Of a DNA stretch of 64,000 nt, positions 24,156-34,920 are shown piece after piece; the stretch's first letter is position 1, and each line of letters begins with the position of its first letter. Under the pieces are notes generated by a model. It did no database searches. It was not told the DNA's origin and saw only the letters and a list, made by a program, of their open reading frames with translations. Made by a program: the position numbers and the translations under genes. This DNA comes from Vicugna vicugna (lineage: Eukaryota): positions 496,001 to 560,000 of the forward strand of contig MU059293.1 of NCBI GenBank assembly GCA_013265495.1, written 5' to 3'.

Positions 24156-25115
24156 TTCTTCCTTTACTTTGTGTAAGTCATATTTCCAGCTGTTTACAAA
24201 ATTTTATCACCTCTTTGACATATCAGGCGCAAAACCTGTTGGCTTTATGACTGGGTCATTAGAAGAATATAATATTTTCCCCTTACCTTTTTATTTCCTG
24301 AGTTTTTTCCAGTGATAATTTTAATATATTTGTGAAATACTCAGGCAAGAAGAAGAGTTTGCCAGATGTTTCTGTTGATTGCTCTATTGCAAACAGAACA
24401 ATTCAAAGACTGGTATCACTTTTTGATAAATTGAAGAATCATATTTTCTGATAACTAGTTATCCTTGAGGTTAATAAGCATTCCTAAGATTAACTCTTAA
24501 CAACCCTAGTGTCATTTTAATTGTTCACAAATTCTAAAGTGGGAGTCCTAGAAGTTCTGATAAATGGATTGACATATTGTCTTAATTCTTTGGACCATCT
24601 GTTAAATGCTTATTCTCGACTGTTCATTAGCTTCAAATAACAAACACACCAGAGTCAATTCCCAACAGATAGCGAACATCTCTCTCACTTACGGTAATAG
24701 GACATTGGCCAGACCATCTTTTCTCTGGCCATGATGGAAGTGTTCCAATCTTAGCTAAAACTAGACCAACTCATGGTTTAGTATTCATTATAAAGGAAAC
24801 AACACAAATACATAAAAGTCACTAATATAAGGTCTGTGGTAGACGATGAATGGCAAAAGAACACCCGTGATCCAAGGTCCTTAACAAGCTACCTTTGGAA
24901 ATGTTTGACTCTAGGGAAATGCACATTGTTCCTGGTCTGCACTCAAGCACCCTTCCCTCTGGGCTCATCTGAACATTTCCCTAGAGATTCTTTACCTCCT
25001 GGCAAATCCCACTGTGTCTTCCAGATGCTCAGAAGATGAATTTGATTAAGTCCAGAATGGTAACTCAAAATGTTGAATAGCTAGAAACTGGCAGTGGTGG
25101 CTTCAGGAGCTGGTA

Positions 25116-25471
25116 NNNNNNNNNNNNNNNNNNNNNNNNNNNNNNNNNNNNNNNNNNNNNNNNNNNNNNNNNNNNNNNNNNNNNNNNNNNNNNNNNNNNN
25201 NNNNNNNNNNNNNNNNNNNNNNNNNNNNNNNNNNNNNNNNNNNNNNNNNNNNNNNNNNNNNNNNNNNNNNNNNNNNNNNNNNNNNNNNNNNNNNNAACTT
25301 AGTTGAAAGAAAAGGNNNNNNNNNNNNNNNNNNNNNNNNNNNNNNNNNNNNNNNNNNNNNNNNNNNNNNNNNNNNNNNNNNNNNNNNNNNNNNNNNNNNN
25401 NNNNNNNNNNNNNNNNNNNNNNNNNNNNNNNNNNNNNNNNNNNNNNNNNNNNNNNNNNNNNNNNNNNNNNN
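25116..25471. other. Two assembly gaps flanking a 20-nt sequence island (25296-25315)
   Basis: 180 N + AACTTAGTTGAAAGAAAAGG + 156 N. Confidence 1.
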
Positions 25472-25864
25472 CAGATTTTTTTCCAGAGCATTTTGAAGTG
25501 CTCTTTATAGAATGCAGGAAGAGACTGCAGACTACTGTGGAATCCTTGTAATTGTGGATGGTCCAGTCTGACAGATGGGCAACTGAAAGCCTCTACAAAT
25601 GGCCACTTAGTAAAACTGTTCATGAGATGTATTATTGGAACTAAGAGGGGATGACAATAATGTCTTTTCAAATTGTGCTTGGTGTTCATTCCCTTGGTCA
25701 TCATTTTATTATCTAGATTAAATTTGATGTATCCGTAAAATGGAAAACTCACTGGCTTCCTATTTCTTACAGTTAAGTCATTGAATTCTAAGACTTACCT
25801 TAGACTTGTATGCTTTTGTGTGAGTTGTAAAGAGCCATTTGAGAAGCTAAAAACTTTGAAAAAT

Positions 25865-26240
25865 AAATTTGTTCATTTGTTAATTTGCTTACTCAGTATT
25901 TATTTAATACTAGGCTTGAGAATATACGAAAGCATCAAGCAGAGCAAGAGCCATGAACAGGTATTTGAAATACAGGTTCATAAGGATCGGAGGAACACAC
26001 GGGAAGGGCGCCGTTACGTGTCAGGAATGGAGAGGTCCAGAGAGGGGATGAGAGGTGATTCCAGGAGGTGGAAAAATGGAGAAGCGTAGGCTAGGCAGAG
26101 GGTTCAGCCCTAAAAAAGGTGATGCACAAAGGCCAAGTTGGTGAGTGATCTAGCCCAGATTTAAAGGTCTAGGCCAAAATTGCCATTTTTCTCTTGGAGG
26201 AGAAGGATCAAGAGGGGTCCTGTTGGGTCCTAAAGAAGTC
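25865..26240 (-). mobile_element. LINE-2 3' fragment
   Basis: TTGTTCATTTGTTAATTTGCTTACTCAGTATTTATT start and purine-rich L2 body. Confidence 0.55.
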
Positions 26241-28719
26241 AGATTATTAGTGATGGAGGCACACTTTTGGGATCACAACTTGGGTAGAAAGGGGGAAAGA
26301 AGTGAAAAACTTCTGAAAAATACATTGTTTTGAAATGTATCTTTAAGGGTATGGACATCCTGAGTCTTCTGGCAACCACGTAGAAGCACTCATGGGAGAA
26401 CGTTCTAGAATTGATTCTTATCTTAATGGCTATAGATCTGTCTGGATGCCAGGAGTTCACAGAATCCTGCTAGTTATTTATTGCTAATTCAATTTAAGGT
26501 TTTGTTTGTTTGTTTTTTTAACTGAGGAAATACTACCAAAGCTGGGTAAAGTTGCTTCTAAGAACTAGAATACCAGAAAGCTAATCGGAAAAGGAACTAC
26601 CTTTAAGCATGACCCAAGTATTTATTTTCACTTTTTTTCTATAGCTTGGCTAGGAACCTATGAGGCAAGTTGTATCTCCATAGTCACAAATGAGTAAACA
26701 TCTTCAGAGAAGTTAAATAAGTAATTCCACAGCCAGTATGTGGCAAAGCCCCTGTCCTCCTCGTTACCCCTGCTCCTGCCCCTCATAGCTCAGTCTTCAG
26801 GCTTATATCCACCTGCAGGAGTAAAGGCAAAATATTTGAATTCTCTCTTACTTGTTTTGGTTTTGTCACAGTTTTCTTCCAATAAAATGACTTTGTTCCA
26901 TCCTTCCTTTTCTCCCCTATATTACTTGGGTGCTTCCAGCCAGAGGTGGCAAATAGGTTCTATCTTCCATTCAACTCCAAAGGATCAACAGTAGCTGCTC
27001 AGACTGCTGTACCGTAAGAGCTTAGCAGCAGCTCTGTAGTAGAGAAGTGTACGTGGGCTGCATCTATGTTATTAAGGCTGCTTTGCTAGCATCTTTACCC
27101 CTAAAGTGGTAAATGAGATAAATCACCTAAAGTCCTAGTATAAAAAAGCCATACGTACCTCCCAAAGTAGGAAATACTCTGCTTCTGCATGAAGAAATGA
27201 AAAAAGAGCAGTGAATTTATAAGATTTGCAGTCTAAGAATTGGAAGGGAAAGTCTGCAAAAGGCTAGATGAAGTAGATTATAAACATCTGAAGTGTGGCT
27301 GCAGAATCAAGTTGGGATTTTCATTTTCAGGGTAACTGCTAGAATCTGTTTGTTGTTTTCTTTTCTTTTTTTAGAGTTATTGTATTTTTATTCCTTCTCT
27401 GCACAGTGAGATAGCAGCCACAGAAAGCAACAGCCTCCTGAGTCCCTTGGCTGTACAGTTTAGCCAGTACCCAGCTCTCCTCCCTGCAGCCAGCACTGGC
27501 TTGTCCTGAAGAGGCCAGTGATTCATCCCTCTTGGGAGATGAGACATGGCTCCATATTGATATCACCCATCAGGCTCATTGCTTGAATCCCCAGATTGTT
27601 CATAAGTTTGTTGCCTTTTCATCTAAAAATAAAAGTCACTTAAGGCAAACAGCCTAGTGCCAGTGGGTTTGGCTATCTGTAACATTTAGAAGCCCATTTA
27701 GGAAACCACCATCAAGATTTTCGTGGCGTTGTTTCAGATTTGCCGTGTTGCACTTCAGTACACCAGCCCTTGCACGGAGTGAAGCCAGTGAACTGAGATA
27801 TGGGAAACCTCTCCAGGAAAATGAGAACACACGGGAGGCAGTACTGCTGATCCACAAAGCATTGCTGTGTCCACTAAGGTTCTCTCTGGGTCATACCGTC
27901 GTTCCTTCTCGGGTAGAATGTGAAATTGGGGTTCTCCTCTTTTCAAGGGAAAAAGTGCTAGCTGCTCGGCTTTGGAATTTTGCTGCGACTCACTCAATGA
28001 CTTTCCTCTTCCATCAACTCCTCCTATTCTTTAAAATGGGTGCCACATCCTTCATCTTCCCTCCCAAGTCATTACACATCATTTCTGGCTGCTAGATTCC
28101 ATTCCAGAGCCTAGTGCATTTAAGTGATGGATGGAATAATCATAACGACTAGCTCAGTACAAGTTGGCGAGTTGGAAACTGCAGCCTAGTCATTCCTCTG
28201 GGTCACACAGAAGTCACCTAGGACAAAAAGTGCTGCATACAACATATATTTTTAAAAAATGATCTTTCTTCTACTGTGTGCTGCAAAAACAAACTTTGAG
28301 GGGATAGTTCTCCCACAGGATATGGAAATGGCCTTGGACTCTGTCCAAGGTTAGTGACACAGCTGCTGTTTCCTGCAAGGGACATCCCACATCCAGAAAG
28401 GGAAAAAGACAAAGTTAAATATATAGCAGGAGGCTAGTGACTGAACCTATTAACAAGAATGAAAGGATCTGCCTGTTACACAATCTGTTTGTAATAATAC
28501 ACAGCCATTGGCAGGACTTACAGTTTATGTTTAGGAGACATGTTTAAAACTCTCTACCACAGGACAACCAATCCAATAATAACCATAGCATCAACAACAT
28601 TGTCTACTAATGGCACCTAATAATTTTAAAGTTCCTTTGGGTATCTAGTTTTATCGTCACAACAACCTGGTGAAGCTGGTAAGTTGGATAGAGAGGTGAG
28701 CACAGGCAAGCAAGTATGT

Positions 28720-30030
28720 AAAACAAGGTAGGGAGTTTGGATTTTAACCTCAGCACGTGATAGACATGACGTGACTTACATTTTAGAAAGATCCAGGTTG
28801 CTATATGGAATATACACTATAAGGGAGCCAGAATAGAAGCCGGGAGACTGGTCAGGAAACGTGACACTAATCCAGGTAAGAAATGATGTGCCTTGGACTG
28901 GTGTGGTGGTGGTGAAGGGGATGGTTAGATTCAGGATAAATTTTGAAGAAACTGCTTACAAGACCTGCAAACAGATTGGAGGTGAAGTGTGACTATGAAA
29001 AAAAAAGATCAAGAATTATCTCTGGATTTGGAGGCCTAGATAACTCGGAGAATGCTGTTATTTTTTTTCTATGGAGTTCCATGATGTTATTTAGGCCCAA
29101 AAAAATCTAGGAAGGCTGGGGGAAATAGCAGATTGGTGCAGAGGGGAGCAGAGTGGGGATTTCTGTCTTGGAAAAGTTGAGTTTGAAATGTCTGTTAAAC
29201 ATGCAAGTGGAGATGTCCAGTAGGCAGCTTAATATAGGAGTCTGGAGCTCAGGGAAATGGGCTGAACTGGAGAAGGAAAGAGGCCTAAAGACTGATCTCA
29301 GAGGTACAGTGACATTTGAAAGTGGAGAAGAGGAGAAATCCATAAGGGAGACTGGGAGAGAAAGGAAGGGAAGGTGGGAAGAATGCATGTGAGTATGACT
29401 TTTCTGGAAGCCAAGTGAAGCAAGTATTTCAAGAAGGAAGGAAGCAGACCCAGTGTTGCTGAGAGATTGAGTAAGACGATGACTGGGAATTGACCCTTGG
29501 ATTTGGCAGAATACAGTCAGCGGTGATCCCGACAAGAGTCGTGTCGGTGGAATGCAGGGGACGTAGCCTGACTAGAGCAGGTTTAGAATCATAAGGAAGT
29601 AAAAATGGCACGGGCAACTTTTTAAAGATGTTTTGCTACCAATAGAAACAAGGAAATGGAGTGGTGGCTGGAGAAGTCAAAGGCATTTCTATTTTATATT
29701 TTTGTGTTGATGTACATGATTAGTAGAAAGGGGAAATGTGATAATGCTGGGGAGAAAAAAGGATCGCCACTAGGAGTACGAAGACCTGGAGGATGTAAGA
29801 AGGGATGGGATGCAGGCCCAAGTGGATGGACTGGCCTTAGGTAGAGGCAAGACCACTTACCCACTGGAACAGAGAAAAAGGACGGCTACATGAGTGTAAA
29901 TGCAAGCACAGAAGTAGATTTGGTGACATGAGGATGAGGTAGTTCTCTCCTTATGGCTTCACTTTTCTCTGTGAGATAAGACATGAGATGGTCAGCAGAA
30001 AGTGGAGGAAGGAAAGGGAATGTCAGAGAC
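28720..30030 (-). mobile_element. LINE-2 (L2a-like) about 1.3 kb fragment with decayed ORF2
   Basis: GTTGAGTTTGAAATGTCTGTTAAACATGCAAGTGGAGATGTCCAGTAGGCAG; ORF 29107..29535 gives CLLDISTCMFNRHFKLNFSKTEI, an L2 RT C-terminal remnant. Confidence 0.85.
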
Positions 30031-30995
30031 TAGAGAAGACATGAAATGGATAAGCTCTATGCTTTGCCACCACTGCCTTTGATTCCTTAATGATTTCATG
30101 AGAAAGTAGATACCAGGACTAGACTTGTTAATTTACACATCAGGGAAAGAGCTCAGAAAAAAAGATATGACTCCCTCGGTGGTTGCCAGCAGTGTGAGCT
30201 AGAGGAAGTGGGATTTATAAAGGCTAAAATGTTGGTGGTCACGTCAACCACCTCTGAGAACTCTTCTGTCCCAATAGGGTCTGTGGAGAGGGGAGACTAC
30301 CGGAGCCTTTGCCTCCTTCCTAGCTGCCCAACTTGGCTGACGTTGTGGGGCTCAAGCCATGTTTCTCAGCTCTCGCAGGGGCAAGGCTGACTCAATTCAT
30401 TCTGTCCCTTATTGAGTTGCTTAGAGTTACTTACCAAACAAACTAAGTAAATTATCATTCCACAGTCATATTATGCCTCTTTCATATTTCTGGAAAAGCT
30501 CTTAACTCATATCTGCATGTACTACAGACCCAACAGTGGGTGTTTAGGGAAGGAGAATATTGACTAGAGGACTTTCCTGATGCTGTATGTCTAGTATATT
30601 CCCCGGCAGATAATTGAGTTTGACTCAAATGCTGTCTCTATGCTGAGGTTAATTAGAAATCTTACATTCTGAGATCCTTGCTTGGTGTTCTGATAACTAG
30701 AAAGTAAAAAGGCTGGGCTGGTGAATGATGAAGTTCTGGAGCTCCTGAAGGAATGGCAACATAAGACCCAAACAGAACTTTCCTTCCTCTTAAAATTGGT
30801 GATATTACCTTTTTATGGCACTTTTTACTGCTTCTCCCCAGGAGTCCTGCTGTGATGTACTACATTCTTATGGTTAGTGATATGTTCTTTTCATCTGTAT
30901 TTTTATTCCTCCATGAATAAATGAAGTAAATGAAGAAAAGTACATACAAATCATGCTATAGTAATTAAATCAAACCAATTCCTTGGAGACTGACC

Positions 30996-31027
30996 GTGTG
31001 TGTGTGTGTATGTGTGTGTGTGTGTGT
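30996..31027 (+). repeat. Interrupted (GT)n microsatellite
   Basis: Direct reading. Confidence 0.95.
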
Positions 31028-31039
31028 TTCTTCATTACT

Positions 31040-31700
31040 TGCTAATCACCCAGTTATTTGCCATGGCTTATTGGTTAACCTAGGTTTGTTACATTTATCA
31101 TATTATTTAATCCTCAAAACTGCTCTATCATTGCCATTTTACAGTTAAGGACCAAGAGGCCCAGAGAGGTTTAAATTGTCTGTTTAAGACCACATATCCA
31201 GTAATTGGGAGAGTCAAGAATTTAACTCTGGTGTCTCTGTTTCCAAAGCCAGAGATCTTTCCACTCCACCACATTGCTTATTACATGGTCAGGGATAATC
31301 ATGGCTTGGTCATTTGTATTTGTGAAACATCTTTTCTTGAAACTCTGTAAACATTACTGTTTTCTTTGGGATTTGGAGGAAGGAAGGAAAGAACCAACAC
31401 TTTTTGGACACTTTATATGTGTCAGGTGTAATTTCAGGCACCTTCACATGCTGGGCAGGTCATGCTCTCTTCATTTTACAGAGGAAGAAATGCAACTCCA
31501 CAAATTAAGTTACCTGGTGCCACAGCTCACAAAGGAGTTAAGAGTCAATCGTGGCGCTTTCCTCAGCAAATGCTAAGCTCCTTCATGCAGGGAGCGAGTC
31601 TGATTTTAGTCACTATTAATCCCCCTAGTGTCTAGTACAGGGTCTGACTCTGGCACATTGTAGATGCTCAAGAAAAATTTATTGAATGAATAGTGATTGA
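31040..31700. mobile_element. Two MIRs (minus) and an L2 3' end (plus, about 31575-31700)
   Basis: CCATTTTACAGTTAAGGACCAAGAGGCCCAGAGAGG; CATTTTACAGAGGAAGAAA; GGCACATTGTAGATGCTCAAGAAAAATTTATTGAATGAAT. Confidence 0.7.
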
Positions 31701-32844
31701 ACCTGGTACAATCTGCAGTTAGAACTCATCAAGCCTTGTCTCATGCTTCCTGGGGTCTTCCAGTGAGTGTTGATGTGATACAGTGAGAAGGTTCTGAAAG
31801 TCAATCAGTGAATTCAGGCATGTTTCTGATAGCAGAACCCTTGCTTTTCTCATAGCTGTGCAAGCTCAGTGATGGAATTGCTTTTCTATCGCTGGGAAAA
31901 CTCCGGCACAGAAGTCACCTTGGCAAAGATCTTGCAAGTCAGTGGGACAATTTGTGGCACAACTGAAATCTTGAGCTTCTCACCTTTACAAAAGCCCCAA
32001 CCACTAAATGACCCTGTGGTCCTGGTGGGGTTATAGCTTTCCATAAATCTGGTACTTAATCATTTAAAGAGATGGCAATTTATCTTAAATACATACCTTG
32101 TTATGGATGTGACACACTTAGCACAGATGGTCTCAGAAGTTTTTCCTGGCCTCCCCTACCCTCACAGTATCTAGTACGTTAACATCAATATTAGCTTTAC
32201 TGTTTTAGGTCACTTTGGTATGCTTCTCATTAGCTGGAACCGTAAAGAGCTCAGTTTTACCTGCGCTGAGGGATCGCTAAATTCCTATTGGCATCTGAGT
32301 GTACAGTCCCATGTTGAAAGTGAGGTCATGTTTCTCCTGGATTGTGCCTATATCTGATGAGCCTGGGCTGGCGTGAATCCGAGACAATGAAATAATCACA
32401 CCCATTAGCTCACCAGGGCCCTCTTAAGATGTGGCCTGGCTTTCTATCCATTTCTCCTGCTTGGAAAAACTGACACGGTCATGGTTTGTAAAGGTTAGTG
32501 GAGATGGAACCGCTGCGACAGCAGAAACTTTGCACTGCGCTGTTTAGGCTTGGGACCCGTCTGCTGCTTGATCGCGGGAAATGGCACTTCAGAACCTGGG
32601 ATGCAAGGATCTTCTTTCATCTTCTTGTGTGTGGTGGTAAAGTTGAACTTTCCGACCATTCTTTTTCCCCCCAAGCCAGCTTCCGTGGCTGGTGGGGAAC
32701 CTCACTCTGGAGCAGGGGTTCCCAAACTCTTCGCTGTTTATTACATTTCTCTTTACTGACTCTACTTTTTGAAGGTTTAGGTCTAGTAAACAAACCTTAA
32801 GGCTTTAATGATTCCGTTGTTGACGCCTAGCATTACTGTGCTGC

Positions 32845-33175
32845 ATGCATCCTTTTCTGCCTCCGACCTCCCTCCCACGGTGCTTTCTTAGGGATGCTCT
32901 CTCAGATCCTGTGACTGCTCCTGGGTTGCGGCCTCCGGCTATACCCCACAGAATACACTTGACCTCACCCACAGAGCTCTTTTCCCAATTACAACTAACT
33001 AATTATTTGTGTAGCTATTTGCTTGTCTGGGCTGTGGGCACCACGAGTGCAGGGACCACACCTGTCTTGTTCGGACCACGCTTGTCTTGTTCACAGCTAT
33101 TTCCCCGCTGCGTAAGTCTTTACTTGACACACAGTGGACATTCGAGAAACGTTTGCTGAGGGGATCAATGAATTC
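32845..33175 (+). mobile_element. LINE-2 3' fragment
   Basis: GCAGGGACCACACCTGTCTTGTTC...GACACACAGTGGACATTCGAGAAACGTTTGCTGA; contains an about 20-nt internal tandem duplication. Confidence 0.7.
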
Positions 33176-33744
33176 GCTGATTTAATTTCCATGAAAAATA
33201 AAAGAAATGTGTCCCTCATATTGGCTTGGGAAAACTTATCCTGGGTAAATTTGATAGGATTTTTGAAGTGTTGACAATAGCTTGAATGAAAATCACCAAG
33301 GTTAAAGATTAACTCTGGGTGGGAGAAAAGGTGGTGCCACTGGGGAAGATTCCACAAGAGGCTTGTAGAATATTGATCAGGTTCTGTTTCTTCAGCTAGA
33401 GGGCTCAGGGACTCAAGGACCCCAGACTCACTCCTGAAGTACGGGGACATGCCAAATAAGCCACTTGCAATTTATTCCATGCATAACCAAGGCAGAGTCA
33501 TCAGGACCACCTGAGGATTTTGTGAAAAGTGAGAGTGTTATTAAAGTAGCCTTATTACTTTATAGTTCTTTTTATTGTTCACCTAACTGCCTTGAAAACT
33601 AGCTGCTTTTCCCTGCTCACGTCTCTGGAGACACGCACAGCTGCTGCAGACAAGCTCCCCTGTCTCTCCTTTTGTATCTGCTACCTCTCGGGCCCATCTC
33701 GCTTGCCTAAACCACCCACTGAAATGAAACCAAATTAAAAACAA

Positions 33745-34169
33745 GGACCTAGAGATAATCATACTAAGTGAAGTAAGTCAGACAGAGAAAGACAAATCTC
33801 ATATGACATCACTTATATGTAGAACCTAAAAAAAATGACACAAATGAACTTATTTACAAAACAGAAACAGACTCACAGACATAGAAAACAAACGTACGGT
33901 ACCAAAGGGGAGAGGCTGGGGGAGGGGTAAATTAGGAGTTGGGATTAGCAGGTACCAACTACTATATATTGAACAGGTAAACAACAAGGTCCTACTGTAT
34001 AGCACAGGGAACTATATTCAGTAACTTGTAATAACCTATAATGAAAAAGAATATGAAAAAGAATATATATATATACGCATATATACGTATAACTGAATCA
34101 CTATGCTGTACACCAGAAACTAACACAGCATTGTAAGTTAAATCAGCTATACTTCAATTAAAGAAAAAA
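33745..34169 (+). mobile_element. Cetartiodactyl L1 3' end (ORF2 terminus, 3'UTR, A tail)
   Basis: GGACCTAGAGATAATCATACTAAGTGAAGTAAGTCAGACAGAGAAAGACAAAT...GTATAGCACAGGGAACTATATTCAG...CTATACTTCAATTAAAGAAAAAA. Confidence 0.9.
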
Positions 34170-34360
34170 GACTTGGAGATAAGTGCTAGAAAAAAATGGA
34201 TGAAAGATTTGAAAGTGATTCTTCCTGGGAAAGGGAAAATGGACAAGAGCAAGGCAGGGGGCTGGGGACTGCTCTTTGTCTTACTGTCAGAAAATAGTTG
34301 ACTCTTTAATCTATGTGCATATATGACTAATAAAAGAAATTAAGTAAAAAAAAATTTAAA
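34170..34360 (+). mobile_element. Old L1ME-like 3' tail
   Basis: AAAGTGATTCTTCCTGGG...TTGACTCTTTAATCTATGTGCATAT...AATAAAA. Confidence 0.45.
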
Positions 34361-34877
34361 ACGAAAACAACCAATCACCCAGCAATGGTCAGTTGAGCAC
34401 CTACTGTGTGCTTTGTATTATAAGCTGTGATTAGAATGCCTTGAGTCTTGTCCTGAGCTTCCTGGGGTCTTGTAGTGGATATCATCATGCAAGAATGAGA
34501 AAGTTATCAGAGAATGGCCTGATGTCAGGGCAAGTTTTGTAGTCTTTCCTGATGATCTGATACCTTCTTATATGAGTCACAATCCTTGGAACTATCCGAG
34601 ATATCTTGGAAAAGTCACAGCACCTGCCAACACAGTTGGGCAGAGACCCAAGTGGGATGACCAAGTGCGGCGTTGCTCCATGGTATTCAGAGACCACCTG
34701 ATACCAGAAGCCTGTTAGGCCCAGCTCCAGGGGAGTGTCAAGGGAGCAGGCCCAGTCAGCCCTCTCATGGGACTGCAATCAGAAGTTATTTGATAAATCA
34801 GTAAGGCTGAAAATATTCTTGGCAGTTTAAACAGGCAGAAGTAAGAACATGCTTTCTGTAGTTACAATGAGTTCATT

Positions 34878-34920
34878 ATGCAAATGCCGGAAGTGACCCA
34901 AATCATTGATTGGCTAATTA
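34878..34920. promoter_or_regulatory. Octamer + ETS + NF-Y + TAATTA module
   Basis: ATGCAAAT 34878-34885, CCGGAAGTG 34887-34895, TGATTGGCT 34907-34915, TAATTA 34915-34920. Confidence 0.5.

Noticed and set aside
29107-29535. 142-aa minus-strand ORF
   Set aside because: Translates the degenerate L2 reverse-transcriptase C-terminus inside the L2 fossil
34470-34717. Stop-free plus-strand frame (..MSHNPWNYPRYLGKV..)
   Set aside because: No flanking splice sites or recognisable homology
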